Origin: a virus
IMG/VR virus record: IMGVR_UViG_3300017963_000239
Coordinates: 17,880-81,879 of that record
Reading direction: 5' to 3' (one strand)
DNA length: 64,000 nucleotides
Shown here: positions 42,541-52,677 of the stretch, one piece after another
Position numbering within the stretch: position 1 is the stretch's first letter
Layout: each line of letters starts with the position of its first letter
Translations under genes and position numbers: made by a program
The notes under the pieces: model-generated
Told to the model about the DNA's origin: nothing
Seen by the model: the letters and a program-made list of their open reading frames with translations, nothing else
Databases searched by the model: none

Positions 42541-43567
42541 GAAAGCGGATCTTCTAGGACGCCGATTTGGGCGGCTCCTTGTGGTGGCTGCAGCACCCAA
42601 TCAGGGTAGGTGCACGGTTTGGGAAGTGCGGTGCGACTGCGGGGCCACGAAAGAGGTGCGCACGGATAGTCTGCGCAGCGGTAACACTAGCTCTTGTGGT
42701 TGTCTTGTAGGTCAGGGGATGAGGAAACACGGGGAGGCTCGCAAGACCGCTGAGTACACAGCGTGGCAACTGATGAAGCAAAGAGCGGGGGCGTCCAAAG
42801 GGCGCATCTGCGTAGCTTCTCGCTGGAAATATTCCTACGGGCACTTCTTGGAGGACATGAGGCGGAAATCAGATCCAGACGCCACTTTGGATCGTATCGA
42901 TTCGGATGGGCACTATGAGCCGGGGAACTGTCGCTGGGTGTCTCGAACGCAGCAAGCGCAGAATATCCGATCGAACAGACTCCTAGAGCACCAAGGGGAG
43001 ATCAAGTGCTTGACGCAGTGGGCGCGAGAAGTTGGATTGGCAGTGACTACAATATCGGGACGTTTGGGGCGTGGGTGGTCGGTGGAGCGAGCGCTGGAGA
43101 CGCCGCCGACTCATGGGACCTTCAAGCGGAAAGGTTCGCTGAAAAACGAGTACAGCGCGGAATACTCGACTTGGTCGCAGATGAAAGCTCGTTGCTACAA
43201 CCCAGACCACAAGAATTTCCCTACATACGGAGGGAGCGGAGTGAAGGTTTGCGGGCGCTGGAAAAAGTCGTTTGAGTGTTTCTTGGCAGACATGGGGCGC
43301 AGGCCCTCGGCAAAGCACTCTCTCGATCGAATCGACGTGCGGAAGGGCTATTCGCCTGAGAACTGTAGATGGGCCGACGCACGAACGCAGCAGCGCAACC
43401 GAAGCAACAACCGCCTCATAACTTTTGAAGGTCAGACTCGGTGCCTTCAAGAGTGGGCAGAGCGTCTTGGTATTGATCATCGCGTGATACGATCTCGCCT
43501 GCAACGGGGCTGGGACGAAGCTGTCGCGCTTACCACTGAGGTGTCCAATGGCTCTCGCATCAGTTAA
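42533..43567 (+). CDS. Tandem-domain HNH endonuclease (baseplate cassette)
   Basis: Two copies of EY..W..MK.R...RW..S...FL.DM...LDRID...Y.P.NCRW....Q..N. Confidence 0.9.
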   Translation: MPKKADLLGRRFGRLLVVAAAPNQGRCTVWEVRCDCGATKEVRTDSLRSGNTSSCGCLVGQGMRKHGEARKTAEYTAWQLMKQRAGASKGRICVASRWKYSYGHFLEDMRRKSDPDATLDRIDSDGHYEPGNCRWVSRTQQAQNIRSNRLLEHQGEIKCLTQWAREVGLAVTTISGRLGRGWSVERALETPPTHGTFKRKGSLKNEYSAEYSTWSQMKARCYNPDHKNFPTYGGSGVKVCGRWKKSFECFLADMGRRPSAKHSLDRIDVRKGYSPENCRWADARTQQRNRSNNRLITFEGQTRCLQEWAERLGIDHRVIRSRLQRGWDEAVALTTEVSNGSRIS

Positions 43568-45818
43568 CCGTGTTCGTTTTGTCGGTTTTGACTTCGACAC
43601 CCACGTGGATGATCTGCGAGCGCGCTTGCAGGTCAAGTTCGCAGCGTACTACAACGACTTCGCCCTGGCGTCGTTGGGCATGATGCTGCTCGACATGATC
43701 GCCTACGGGCTCGACTCGCTCAGCTTCTACCTGGATCGTCGTGCTACCGAGGTCTACCTTACGACGGCGCGGACTCGTAAGGGCGTCGCCCGTATCGCCC
43801 GCCAGCTCGGCTACAAGATGGGCGGCGCAGTAGCGTCCTCGACAGACCTGACAGTCAGCGTTGTCACGGCTCAGTCCTATACGGTGTCCATCCCCGCTGG
43901 ATTTCAGTTCGAGGGGCCGAATGACTTGATCTTCGAAGCCGGCGAGGCGGTAGAGTTTTCTCCGGCGGAGCAGACTGCGGGGACCTCGAAGCTCGTTCCT
44001 GTCTATGAAGGCGAGTCGGTGTCTGAGACGATCACCTCGGACGGTACAGCCAATCAGGTGTACGAGCTAACGCGTTTGCCGGAGGGGAAGAACGTGGCTT
44101 CCGGCTCTGTCGAAGTTTCTGTGGATGGGGTCTCCTTCAAGGAAGAGGACTTTCTCAAATTCGAGGAGACCGATCAGTACGAGGTAGGGTACAACGACGA
44201 TCCTCCTACCGTGCGGTTCGGGGATGGCACCGCGGGGAACATTCCAGCCACCGGCGCTTCGATTGTTCTTTCCTACGTAGCTACGTCGGGCAAGGCGGGC
44301 ATCGTGGGCAAGGAGACCATCCAGGCCGCCGTCACGCCGTTGGTCGTAGGAGGCGATACAGTCGACTTGTCCATCAACAACGTGAAAGGGTCCTCAGGCG
44401 GAGACGACTTGGAGTCGTTGGACCACGCCAAGTCGTTCGCTGGCCGCGTGTTCAACTCTCGCCGGGTGGCAGTCACGAGAGAGGACTACGACGCGCTGGC
44501 GGGTTCGTATGCCGACCCTGTGTATGGTCGTGTGGCGGTGGCGCAGGCCATCTCGTCGCGTTCGGCGGCCACGGACCTCGTGCTGCAGGACGCCATCTTG
44601 GCTATCACCAGCGCGTTGGAGGGGGCGGTAGACACCATCCGGGATGAGATCTCCGACGCGACGACGGCCACCACGGGCACGTTGAACCAGATCTTGGACT
44701 TCTCCTCCACGATCTCTTCGGCGCTGGACAACATCGTCACGGCGGTGGGGACCATAGACACCAACGCAGCTGCTTTGCTTTCAGGCGTCCGAGCCAACCG
44801 GAATCTGTCGTTGGAGGTCGACGTCGATGCCGACACTTCGAAGACCCACGTCACGGACGGTAAGGCGCTCGTGAATGGCTTCACGGTAGGCAGCCCTACG
44901 GTGATCACTACGGTGGATCGAGATGCCGTTTTGGCCTACTTCAACTCGATCGACACGTTGCAGGACTCCATCGTGTCTAAAGCAGCGACGATGAAGGGGT
45001 CATCCGATACACAGATTGGGGCCATCGGCCTGGTGAACGACGAGATCGACAAGATCGGTCTAGCCAAGACGTCGCTGCAGATCGACGGCTCCGACTCCTA
45101 TCTGAAGAGCGCCGAGGACTCCCGAGCTTCCATCGACGTCATCGTGGGCTTCTACGACAGCGCCGACCCCACATCGAGCACGGGACTGTTCCGGACTTTC
45201 AACTTCACGTTGGAAGGCGTAGCAGACGATCTCGACCCCAGCGAGGCGGGCGCCACGTCCACCACGGTCTCGGAGAACTTGACCATCATCGACGAGCACG
45301 TGGACAAGATCTTGTCTGCTGACTGCAAGGCCAATCTCGTGACGGTGCCCATCCTGGTTCGTGACGCGGCAGGCTTCTACACCGCGCCTAGCAACGGTCT
45401 CGTGGGGTCATTGGAGGACTACCTGAACGTCCGGAAGGAAGTCACTCAGACGGTGGAGGTGGTGTCGGGGGGCAAGTTCTTGATCTACCCCACTATTGCA
45501 GTACGTGTCGGCGTGAATCAGGGCTACTCGCTGGAGCAAACGAGGACCGCGGTGGAGACGGCGATCGACGGGGTGCTGAAGGACCGGGAGTTCGGTGACT
45601 CGCTGTACGTGTCCGATCTCATCCAGGTCGTTTTGGGCGTGGAAGGGGTGGGGTTCACCAACGTCACGATCTCCGGCTACACGACTCTGCTCGACTCCAC
45701 GGTGCAGACCGCTAAGCTGGATTCTGAGGGCAATTTGATCATCGAGACCTCAGAGGTCATCACCAAGACGCCGGGAGCCGTGACGGTTACACCCGAAGCC
45801 ATTCAGGTGGAGGCTTGA
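43548..45818 (+). CDS. Baseplate J / gp6-like wedge protein
   Basis: DFD, YL.TA, LGY, RFGDG..G..P, GG.D.ES, R.AVT..DY. Confidence 0.88.
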   Translation: MALASVNRVRFVGFDFDTHVDDLRARLQVKFAAYYNDFALASLGMMLLDMIAYGLDSLSFYLDRRATEVYLTTARTRKGVARIARQLGYKMGGAVASSTDLTVSVVTAQSYTVSIPAGFQFEGPNDLIFEAGEAVEFSPAEQTAGTSKLVPVYEGESVSETITSDGTANQVYELTRLPEGKNVASGSVEVSVDGVSFKEEDFLKFEETDQYEVGYNDDPPTVRFGDGTAGNIPATGASIVLSYVATSGKAGIVGKETIQAAVTPLVVGGDTVDLSINNVKGSSGGDDLESLDHAKSFAGRVFNSRRVAVTREDYDALAGSYADPVYGRVAVAQAISSRSAATDLVLQDAILAITSALEGAVDTIRDEISDATTATTGTLNQILDFSSTISSALDNIVTAVGTIDTNAAALLSGVRANRNLSLEVDVDADTSKTHVTDGKALVNGFTVGSPTVITTVDRDAVLAYFNSIDTLQDSIVSKAATMKGSSDTQIGAIGLVNDEIDKIGLAKTSLQIDGSDSYLKSAEDSRASIDVIVGFYDSADPTSSTGLFRTFNFTLEGVADDLDPSEAGATSTTVSENLTIIDEHVDKILSADCKANLVTVPILVRDAAGFYTAPSNGLVGSLEDYLNVRKEVTQTVEVVSGGKFLIYPTIAVRVGVNQGYSLEQTRTAVETAIDGVLKDREFGDSLYVSDLIQVVLGVEGVGFTNVTISGYTTLLDSTVQTAKLDSEGNLIIETSEVITKTPGAVTVTPEAIQVEA

Positions 45819-45922
45819 TACTTTCGGCTTCTCGACTGTAGGATGGGTCTAAGTTCAAGGACGTTAGCAGTTTCAGGACGGACGGCAGCACACACCCTCG
45901 TAGCCCCCTGAAGGAGAGGTAG

Positions 45923-47542
45923 ATGTCGCGAACATTCCTCCGTCCCGAGACGCAGATCAAAACCCTGGACACGTTCGATGACCAAGTTGCTTCTGGCTCC
46001 GGCCTGGAGACGACGACTTGGAACATGGAGCAGTTCCTTCAGGGCGTCATCTCGCAGCTCAACCGCTTCTTGAACACCACCACGTCCGGCAACGACTGGT
46101 TCGCCGGTCTCACGGTCCCGACGACGTTCGAGAACGGTGCAGCTCGCGGTATCGACGATCTGAACCAAGACTTGCACGACACGGAGCGCAAGCGCGTACT
46201 CCGCGGCGTGGCGAACCTGACGGACATTGGGCCACTTGGTTCGGTGCAGGTCGTCGTTCTCACGTTGGCTCAGCTGCCCTCCAACACGACGGCGGCGATC
46301 GGGTCCGTAACCACGCTGGGTACGGTGGCGGCGACGGCAACCACGTTTGCGACGGCGGGGCTGGACGAGGTTTCGGGGTCGACTGCCATCGCCCCGAAGA
46401 ACATCGTGGAGCTGGTGGACGGCGCCACGCGCGATCCGATTCTGGACTCCAGCGGGCGCCGGGTATGGGGCTTGTTCCAGACGGAGTCGAGCACCGATGG
46501 ATCGACGATGACGGGGACGACTCCCAACCGGGCGCAGATCTCCTTCGTCGTAGTCAACAGCGCGGGCGACGATTTGGAGCTGGTGACGGCCGCCGACATG
46601 AACGGCAAGACCATCAACTACGCTTCGGTCGAGCGCGTCGGTTTGGAAGACCTGAACGAGCAGGACTTTCTCCGCGGCGCCGTCGTGGACGTCCCCTCAG
46701 GATCCACGGTCACTCGGCAGGTGGCCTACGACAACCAGGGCACGACCCCGGTGGATGTGACGACGGCTTCCTACCTGGACCTCGAAGGGGCCGGGCTGGT
46801 CTGGCAGATCCGAGACGACAACGAAGCGGTCCTCTTCGGCGTCACGGAGAACAGCGGCACGAGCGCGAGTACCATCACCTTCGGTGCCGATGTCGACGTG
46901 TTCGACAACGACGCCGCGAGCAACGACTTCCTGAACGGAGCGAGCTTCGACACGGGTGCTGCGGGCACGACCATCAACGTGGGCGTGACGGCCAATCAGA
47001 TCGACAGCGGCGGAGCGCTGACGGTTGCTTCTGGTGGTGCGGGCGACTTGAAGCTGGACTCCGCAGCGCTGCTGGCTCTCACGGATCAGTACCAGGCGGG
47101 GTCTGGTTACGCCTCCGACCTCGTGCTGTCCGACAGCTCGGCGGAGTGGGACGCCTTCGAAACGGCTTTCGGCGAGGTTTCTTTGCTGAACGCCATCGTG
47201 CAGGCCAACGATGCAGACCAGCGGTATCGCGCGGTGGCCTCGGTCACCTCTGCCATCTCTGCCAACACGCTGATCGAGGGTCCGAACGGCCCCGGCTCGG
47301 CCAACATCTCGGCGGACTTGCTGGACTACCGCAACGTCAGCTTCGTGGATGACGTCGAGGTCTTCATCAACGGCCAGCTGATGTGGAACGGCGCCGACGC
47401 CTCGGCCAACAACGATGTCTACCCCTCAGCGACGGCGACCCCTGATCAGCAGTACGGCTGCTTCTACGCCGAGTTCAACCTGAAGGCGTCTCCAGGCAAC
47501 CCGGATGTCATTCAGATGTTCATCAGCGGGGCGCTGACGTAG
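45923..47542 (+). CDS. Putative virion structural protein
   Basis: T/S/G/D-rich beta-type ORF; strong RBS. Confidence 0.65.
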   Translation: MSRTFLRPETQIKTLDTFDDQVASGSGLETTTWNMEQFLQGVISQLNRFLNTTTSGNDWFAGLTVPTTFENGAARGIDDLNQDLHDTERKRVLRGVANLTDIGPLGSVQVVVLTLAQLPSNTTAAIGSVTTLGTVAATATTFATAGLDEVSGSTAIAPKNIVELVDGATRDPILDSSGRRVWGLFQTESSTDGSTMTGTTPNRAQISFVVVNSAGDDLELVTAADMNGKTINYASVERVGLEDLNEQDFLRGAVVDVPSGSTVTRQVAYDNQGTTPVDVTTASYLDLEGAGLVWQIRDDNEAVLFGVTENSGTSASTITFGADVDVFDNDAASNDFLNGASFDTGAAGTTINVGVTANQIDSGGALTVASGGAGDLKLDSAALLALTDQYQAGSGYASDLVLSDSSAEWDAFETAFGEVSLLNAIVQANDADQRYRAVASVTSAISANTLIEGPNGPGSANISADLLDYRNVSFVDDVEVFINGQLMWNGADASANNDVYPSATATPDQQYGCFYAEFNLKASPGNPDVIQMFISGALT

Positions 47543-47556
47543 TAGTCTAGGCCCTC

Positions 47557-48357
47557 ATGGGCATCGACAAGGCCGAGCTGAAGAAGGCCATTCTACAGGA
47601 CATGGGCATCAAGGCGGACGATCGCCTTGATGCTCTTACGGCAGAATTGTATCGGACGGAAGGAGCGGCGGGGTCGCTGAAGACGGCGGCTGAGGTCATC
47701 GAGAGGGACGTTTTTGCTCGACTGCGGAGTGACTTGGAGGGCGGTCAGCTTGACGCCGACCAGGCCAAGACCGTGGATCGATACATTCGAACCTGCATTC
47801 ACTCCCTGCAGCATCTAGCTCAGCAGTCTAATGTTCAGGTTCCGATCATGAAGGGTCGGCTGGACGAGGCGACCGAGCAGGTCAAGAGAATCAAGGAGGA
47901 GTTCGACTCCGAAGAGGCCAAGATCCAGGCCATCCGGATAGCGGAGGCTGCTGGCACCATTCAGGAGACGGAAGAAGGTGGCCACGAGGCCGTCCCTTCG
48001 GACGAGAAGGGGCCTTCTAGGCGTCCGCCCGGCGTTCGGCCCTCGGGTAGCCTGAAGGACCGAAGGGCCGCGGAAGGGGCCTTAGAGCCCCCGGAATCGC
48101 CTGTTGAGGACACCTCGGAGGCTCCGGTGTCAGAGGAGCCTCCCGAGACCCCCAAAGCCTCCCCCAAACGGCCTCAGGCGGTCCGCAAGACCGCTCCGGC
48201 AGAGGCGCCGACTCCGGTAGCTCCGAAGCCTCAGAAGCCGGCGCCCAAGCCTCGGGGGGCGGGGCAAACGCCGGAGGACAAGAAGGCGGCTAGGAAGGAA
48301 GCGGCCAAGAAGAAGCGAGCTGCGGCAGCCAAGCAGCGCGGGAGGACCAAGAGGTAG
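47557..48357 (+). CDS. Coiled-coil protein with Pro/Lys-rich tail
   Basis: ORF. Confidence 0.65.
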   Translation: MGIDKAELKKAILQDMGIKADDRLDALTAELYRTEGAAGSLKTAAEVIERDVFARLRSDLEGGQLDADQAKTVDRYIRTCIHSLQHLAQQSNVQVPIMKGRLDEATEQVKRIKEEFDSEEAKIQAIRIAEAAGTIQETEEGGHEAVPSDEKGPSRRPPGVRPSGSLKDRRAAEGALEPPESPVEDTSEAPVSEEPPETPKASPKRPQAVRKTAPAEAPTPVAPKPQKPAPKPRGAGQTPEDKKAARKEAAKKKRAAAAKQRGRTKR

Positions 48358-48846
48358 ATGGGGAGGACTCCGGATAGGCGGCCTGGGGCGCCTCTTCGGG
48401 AGGAAGAGGCGGCCTACTTCGACGAGCAGGCGTCTCCAGCGTCTGTTGAGGGGGAGCTTCGCTACTACAACGGCCGGTGGAGCATGGTCGACTCGTCGGG
48501 GGAGTACGACCCTCGGGTCGGGGGAGGGATCAGTCCGGCGCAGCACAAGGCCCTGTACGACCTGATCCACTTCATCGACGATGGCCCGGCAGACGGATTC
48601 GCCAGCGGGGCCTACAAGGAGACGACCTACGCGGGCATCTTCCCGCAGACGGAGATTTGGTACAACGAGAGCGGGGTGTCCAAGAAGAAGATCTTAGAAA
48701 AGATCGTGACCTGGACGGGCATCGTCCCCACCACCATCGTGTGGAAGATGTACGATGCTTCCGAGACGTTGCTGGTGACGTTGACGGACTCGATCACTTA
48801 TAGTGGCATCTTCGAGCAGTCGCGCACGAGGACTTGGACGACATGA
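48358..48846 (+). CDS. Putative virion protein
   Basis: ORF in structural operon. Confidence 0.6.
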   Translation: MGRTPDRRPGAPLREEEAAYFDEQASPASVEGELRYYNGRWSMVDSSGEYDPRVGGGISPAQHKALYDLIHFIDDGPADGFASGAYKETTYAGIFPQTEIWYNESGVSKKKILEKIVTWTGIVPTTIVWKMYDASETLLVTLTDSITYSGIFEQSRTRTWTT

Positions 48847-50234
48847 CCACGAGCCCCGCAGCCGTCCCCTACTCGTCCGAGAGCGTCGAGATCGGAATCA
48901 AAGACGCCACGACGCTGCCGGCGAACATCCGTGGCTTCATCACGGTCGGGGTAGACGGTACGACAGCTCGCTTCGTGTCCGTCGATTCGAGCGGGCGCCA
49001 GGTGCTGGTGGGCGCGGGGACTGCGGGGAGCCCGACCGGCGGAGTGGTGAGCGTTCAGGGGGTTTCCGGCGGCCAGGCACTTCCCATCTCGGATGGTGGG
49101 GGGTCGATCACCATCGACACCTCCCAGCTCCCTGCGGCGCTCGTGGGAGGCCGACTCGACGCCAACATAGGGGCTTGGCTCGGATCGACGACGCCTACGG
49201 TGGGGCAAAAGGTCATGGCGGCGTCGATTCCGGTGGCCGTGTCCTCTGACCAGAGCGCCATCCCAGTCAGCCAGAGCGGTACGTGGACCGTGCAGCAGGG
49301 GACTCCTCCGTGGACCGTCGCGGGGGCTGCAGCCCACGGAAGTGCCCCTGTCGGCTTTCCTGTTCTTGTTGCGGGCTACGACGGCGCCAACGTCAGGACT
49401 CAACTGGCGGACACGGCTGGTAGGCAGCGGGTGGTCGGCACGGTGGCTGATGGGGTTGCGGTCGACGGAGATCCTGTCAGGGTTGCTGGTTCTGATGGGA
49501 CGACAACTAGAGATCTTCTTACGGACACTGGCGGCCGACAGGTCGCGGTTGGGGCTGCGGCTGATGGGGCTGCTCCGGTTGGAGACCCCGTTCTGACGGC
49601 TGGCTACGACGGCACCAATGTCCAGACCGAGCTGACCGACACCGCAGGTCGGCAGCGCATTGTTGGCGCGGGCGGGGATGGTTCGCCCCCGGTGGGAGAT
49701 CCAGTTCTGCTGGCCGGCTGGGACGGAACCAACGTCGAGACGCTGAGGACCAACTCGGATGGTCGCATCGAGCCCGTCTTGGTGGACAGCTCCGGTAACG
49801 AGGTCACCATCACCCAGGATGGGGTGGTCTACCGTCTGGAGATAACCGGCAAGGTCAGCGTCGTAGGTGCTCTTCCCCCGCCCTCCACCACGGCTGTCGA
49901 CATCTTCGCTGACACCCCGCTGACGGTCGGGAGCCACGACACGACGTGGACGATTCCGAGCGGCGAGACCTTCCGTTTGCAGAACATCACGGTAGGCAAC
50001 GAGGACCCCACGAAGGGGGCGGTCACCGAGATCATCTTCGACGACGGAACCGAGCATGTGGTCGAACGGGTCTACACGACCGGCCAGTCGATTTCGATCA
50101 GCTTCCCCGACGAGACGACCGCCCGTGATGGCACAACGATGACGGGCAACGGGACCAACACGATCATCGTGCGACGCGCCAAGTACAGCGGCACGAACAT
50201 CGCCATCGACGCTGTGGTGAGGGGGTACTACTGA
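48843..50234 (+). CDS. Putative tail-fibre-like protein with internal repeats
   Basis: Four approx. 40-aa repeats G.PV..AG.DG......TD..GRQ. Confidence 0.65.
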   Translation: MTTSPAAVPYSSESVEIGIKDATTLPANIRGFITVGVDGTTARFVSVDSSGRQVLVGAGTAGSPTGGVVSVQGVSGGQALPISDGGGSITIDTSQLPAALVGGRLDANIGAWLGSTTPTVGQKVMAASIPVAVSSDQSAIPVSQSGTWTVQQGTPPWTVAGAAAHGSAPVGFPVLVAGYDGANVRTQLADTAGRQRVVGTVADGVAVDGDPVRVAGSDGTTTRDLLTDTGGRQVAVGAAADGAAPVGDPVLTAGYDGTNVQTELTDTAGRQRIVGAGGDGSPPVGDPVLLAGWDGTNVETLRTNSDGRIEPVLVDSSGNEVTITQDGVVYRLEITGKVSVVGALPPPSTTAVDIFADTPLTVGSHDTTWTIPSGETFRLQNITVGNEDPTKGAVTEIIFDDGTEHVVERVYTTGQSISISFPDETTARDGTTMTGNGTNTIIVRRAKYSGTNIAIDAVVRGYY

Positions 50235-51496
50235 TGCGCGTCCTCTACGTCGACTACGCCCTGTGGAAGCAGATCACTCAGGACCGCAGCTATGTGGTCT
50301 ATGACAAGCAGCTCGTGTCCACGGTGGGCAGCGAGCAAGCGAAGGCTTGGTCGGGCGCTCTCGACCTCGTGTACGCCACGGACATCGGGCCGAGTGATTG
50401 GTCGGACTACACGACAGCCTTCCCGACTCGCACGACGGTGGGAGATGAGGATGAGGCGGTGGCGCGCATCGTCGGCCTTTCCGGCACTATTCAGCCACGC
50501 TCGGTTGATGGCACACTTCAGACCTCGAAGCAGCAGCTAGAGCTAGGGCGTGCTCCTTTCCGGCGGACCGACACACAGTCCGAGCTGATGAACGTCAACG
50601 GCATCGCCGCTGGCACCCCCGTCAATGTTTGGAACGGCACCGGAGCTGGTGACACGGGGGCTGACTGGACGAGAACCGGAGTGGGCTCCGAGCACGGTCC
50701 TGCAAACCACACGCCGGGCGGGACCTACGGGCTCAACTCGGGCGCGACCAGCCAGAATGACACCATCGTGTTCGACTATGGATCGATGCAGGACATCGCT
50801 GGGACGGTCGACGAGTTGGGGTTCTGGCTTCAGCTCAAGGCCCTGGTGGCGGGCGGGAACCTTCGGGTGTTCTGGGTAGACGGGTCGAACAGCCAGGTTG
50901 GAGGTTCGGTGTTGGTGAGTTCTTACCTCAGCAACTTCGACCTCGATGAGTGGAAGAAGGTCGCCATTCCCATCTCGGACTTCAGCCTGACCGGGAACGT
51001 GCAGAAGCTCGTGCTCCGTTTCATCAACGCCAGTGGTCTGCACATCTGGCTGGACGACGTGTCCGTGACTCCAAGCGCTGGCGGCGGCCCGCACATCTAT
51101 CGGATCTCTGCGCCGACGGGGTTCATCTACCACGTCGAGCGGCTGGCCCTGATCGTCAGCGCTGGGGACACGGGCTGGGGCAGCACGAGCTTCGCCAACA
51201 TCGTGGGCGGGCTCACAAGTGGCCTGGCTTTCCGCTACCGGATGCTCGGAGGTGACACCTATTGGGCCTTCAACTGCCGGGACAACTCCGAGCTGTTCGG
51301 CCAGCTTCAAGTCATCAACGACGTGAGCTTCAGCAACGGAGACCGCCAGTTCACCTTTGCTTTGGAGCCCCGGCTCTCTTCGGTTGTCCTGGTGGACGAC
51401 GATGAGGTGGTCGAGATCATTGTTCGTGACGACCTCAGTAGTCTGGTGACCATGCGGGCGTTCCTGCACTACGGCACCGAGGTGATTCCGTCATGA
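50234..51496 (+). CDS. Putative virion protein with carbohydrate-binding-like domain
   Basis: WKKVAIPISDF...IWLDDV. Confidence 0.6.
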   Translation: MRVLYVDYALWKQITQDRSYVVYDKQLVSTVGSEQAKAWSGALDLVYATDIGPSDWSDYTTAFPTRTTVGDEDEAVARIVGLSGTIQPRSVDGTLQTSKQQLELGRAPFRRTDTQSELMNVNGIAAGTPVNVWNGTGAGDTGADWTRTGVGSEHGPANHTPGGTYGLNSGATSQNDTIVFDYGSMQDIAGTVDELGFWLQLKALVAGGNLRVFWVDGSNSQVGGSVLVSSYLSNFDLDEWKKVAIPISDFSLTGNVQKLVLRFINASGLHIWLDDVSVTPSAGGGPHIYRISAPTGFIYHVERLALIVSAGDTGWGSTSFANIVGGLTSGLAFRYRMLGGDTYWAFNCRDNSELFGQLQVINDVSFSNGDRQFTFALEPRLSSVVLVDDDEVVEIIVRDDLSSLVTMRAFLHYGTEVIPS

Positions 51497-52677
51497 GGCA
51501 CGATCTCAAGAAGCCGAATATCCAGGCCGATGGCATTCCGCTTCAGGCTTACGCCCCTCGGGTTGGTTCAGAGACCGTCGTCGGCAGCCACAACTTCTGC
51601 GACAAGACGACGTGGTTCGGGGACTCCGAACGGGCGACGGACCAGGCCATGGAGGCCAAGGCGGGATCCTCGGGACTCATCTGGAAGAGCACCAGCACCG
51701 ATCCGGTCCATGACAATTGGATCGACCTACGCTCGGGCCGGCTGCACAACCAGGAGAAGTGGGTTGGTTCGGTCGAACATGGCTACGCCGTCGAGGTGAA
51801 GGTCGACGGCGTGGTCAAGACCCAGTGTCCCATCTTCGTCTTCGACGATGGGGGCGGCTCCTACGACTACTGGGTCGACTACGACAACGGGGAGGTCAAC
51901 TTCTTCTCCGACCAGACGGGCAACACGGTGACGGCGAGCTTCAGCTACGCCACCACGTCGAACTTCTACGTAACCCCCGTCGAGGGCAAGGTCCTCCGCA
52001 TCGAAGACGCCGAGGCGGACTTCTCCAGCGACATGGTGCTGGAGACGAGTTTCGGCTACACGGTCCGGGGCTACGTGGACGTGTTCGCCCCCGAGTACGT
52101 GCGGGGCTCCAATGAGCTAGGTCCTGTCCTCACAGCCTCGGAGACGGACCCTCCAGGTTCACCCAACGTGGGAGACCGGTACTTGGTGGCCGAGGGCGGG
52201 ACGGGCGCCTGGATGGGCCTGGACGGGGCCATCGTCGAGTGGTCTGGCTCTGAGTGGTCTATCACGGCTCCAGAGGTCGAGGACTGGACCACGGTCATCG
52301 ACATCGAGATGTACCTGACCTTCCGGGGAGGAACCTGGACCCCCACGCCCTTCCCCTCGGGCACCAGAATCCCCCTTCAAGAAGACTTCTACCATCGCAT
52401 CACTCAGATCATCACCGAGGCTAGGGGAGCCCTTCCGGCGGTGTCTTCCATCGGAGCCACCACAGAGCACCAGGGGATCTCGGACATCAAGGAGTTCCGC
52501 CGCAAGTCCAGGGGCATGAAGAACGACGTGCAGGCGGTTCCCTTCAACTACGCCACGGCTCGGGAGCTGATAGCTTCAGCGGGGATGGACCTCGTGGTCA
52601 GCACCCTCGATCACTCGGCGGTCGGCGGGGAGATGCTGACCCTCACTTTCTACTGCACGGCGAAGGACGAAGAGTAA
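51493..52677 (+). CDS. Putative virion protein with DUF2793-like insert
   Basis: PPGSP..GDRYLVA.G.TGAW.G....I..W....W....P. Confidence 0.65.
   Translation: MRHDLKKPNIQADGIPLQAYAPRVGSETVVGSHNFCDKTTWFGDSERATDQAMEAKAGSSGLIWKSTSTDPVHDNWIDLRSGRLHNQEKWVGSVEHGYAVEVKVDGVVKTQCPIFVFDDGGGSYDYWVDYDNGEVNFFSDQTGNTVTASFSYATTSNFYVTPVEGKVLRIEDAEADFSSDMVLETSFGYTVRGYVDVFAPEYVRGSNELGPVLTASETDPPGSPNVGDRYLVAEGGTGAWMGLDGAIVEWSGSEWSITAPEVEDWTTVIDIEMYLTFRGGTWTPTPFPSGTRIPLQEDFYHRITQIITEARGALPAVSSIGATTEHQGISDIKEFRRKSRGMKNDVQAVPFNYATARELIASAGMDLVVSTLDHSAVGGEMLTLTFYCTAKDEE

Noticed and set aside
41665-42600. Collagen-like GSPGSPG minus-strand ORF, or a CRISPR-like repeat at 41720-42030
   Set aside because: Mirror of the LPG repeat gene in a plus-strand operon; repeats are codon-phased with no unique spacers.
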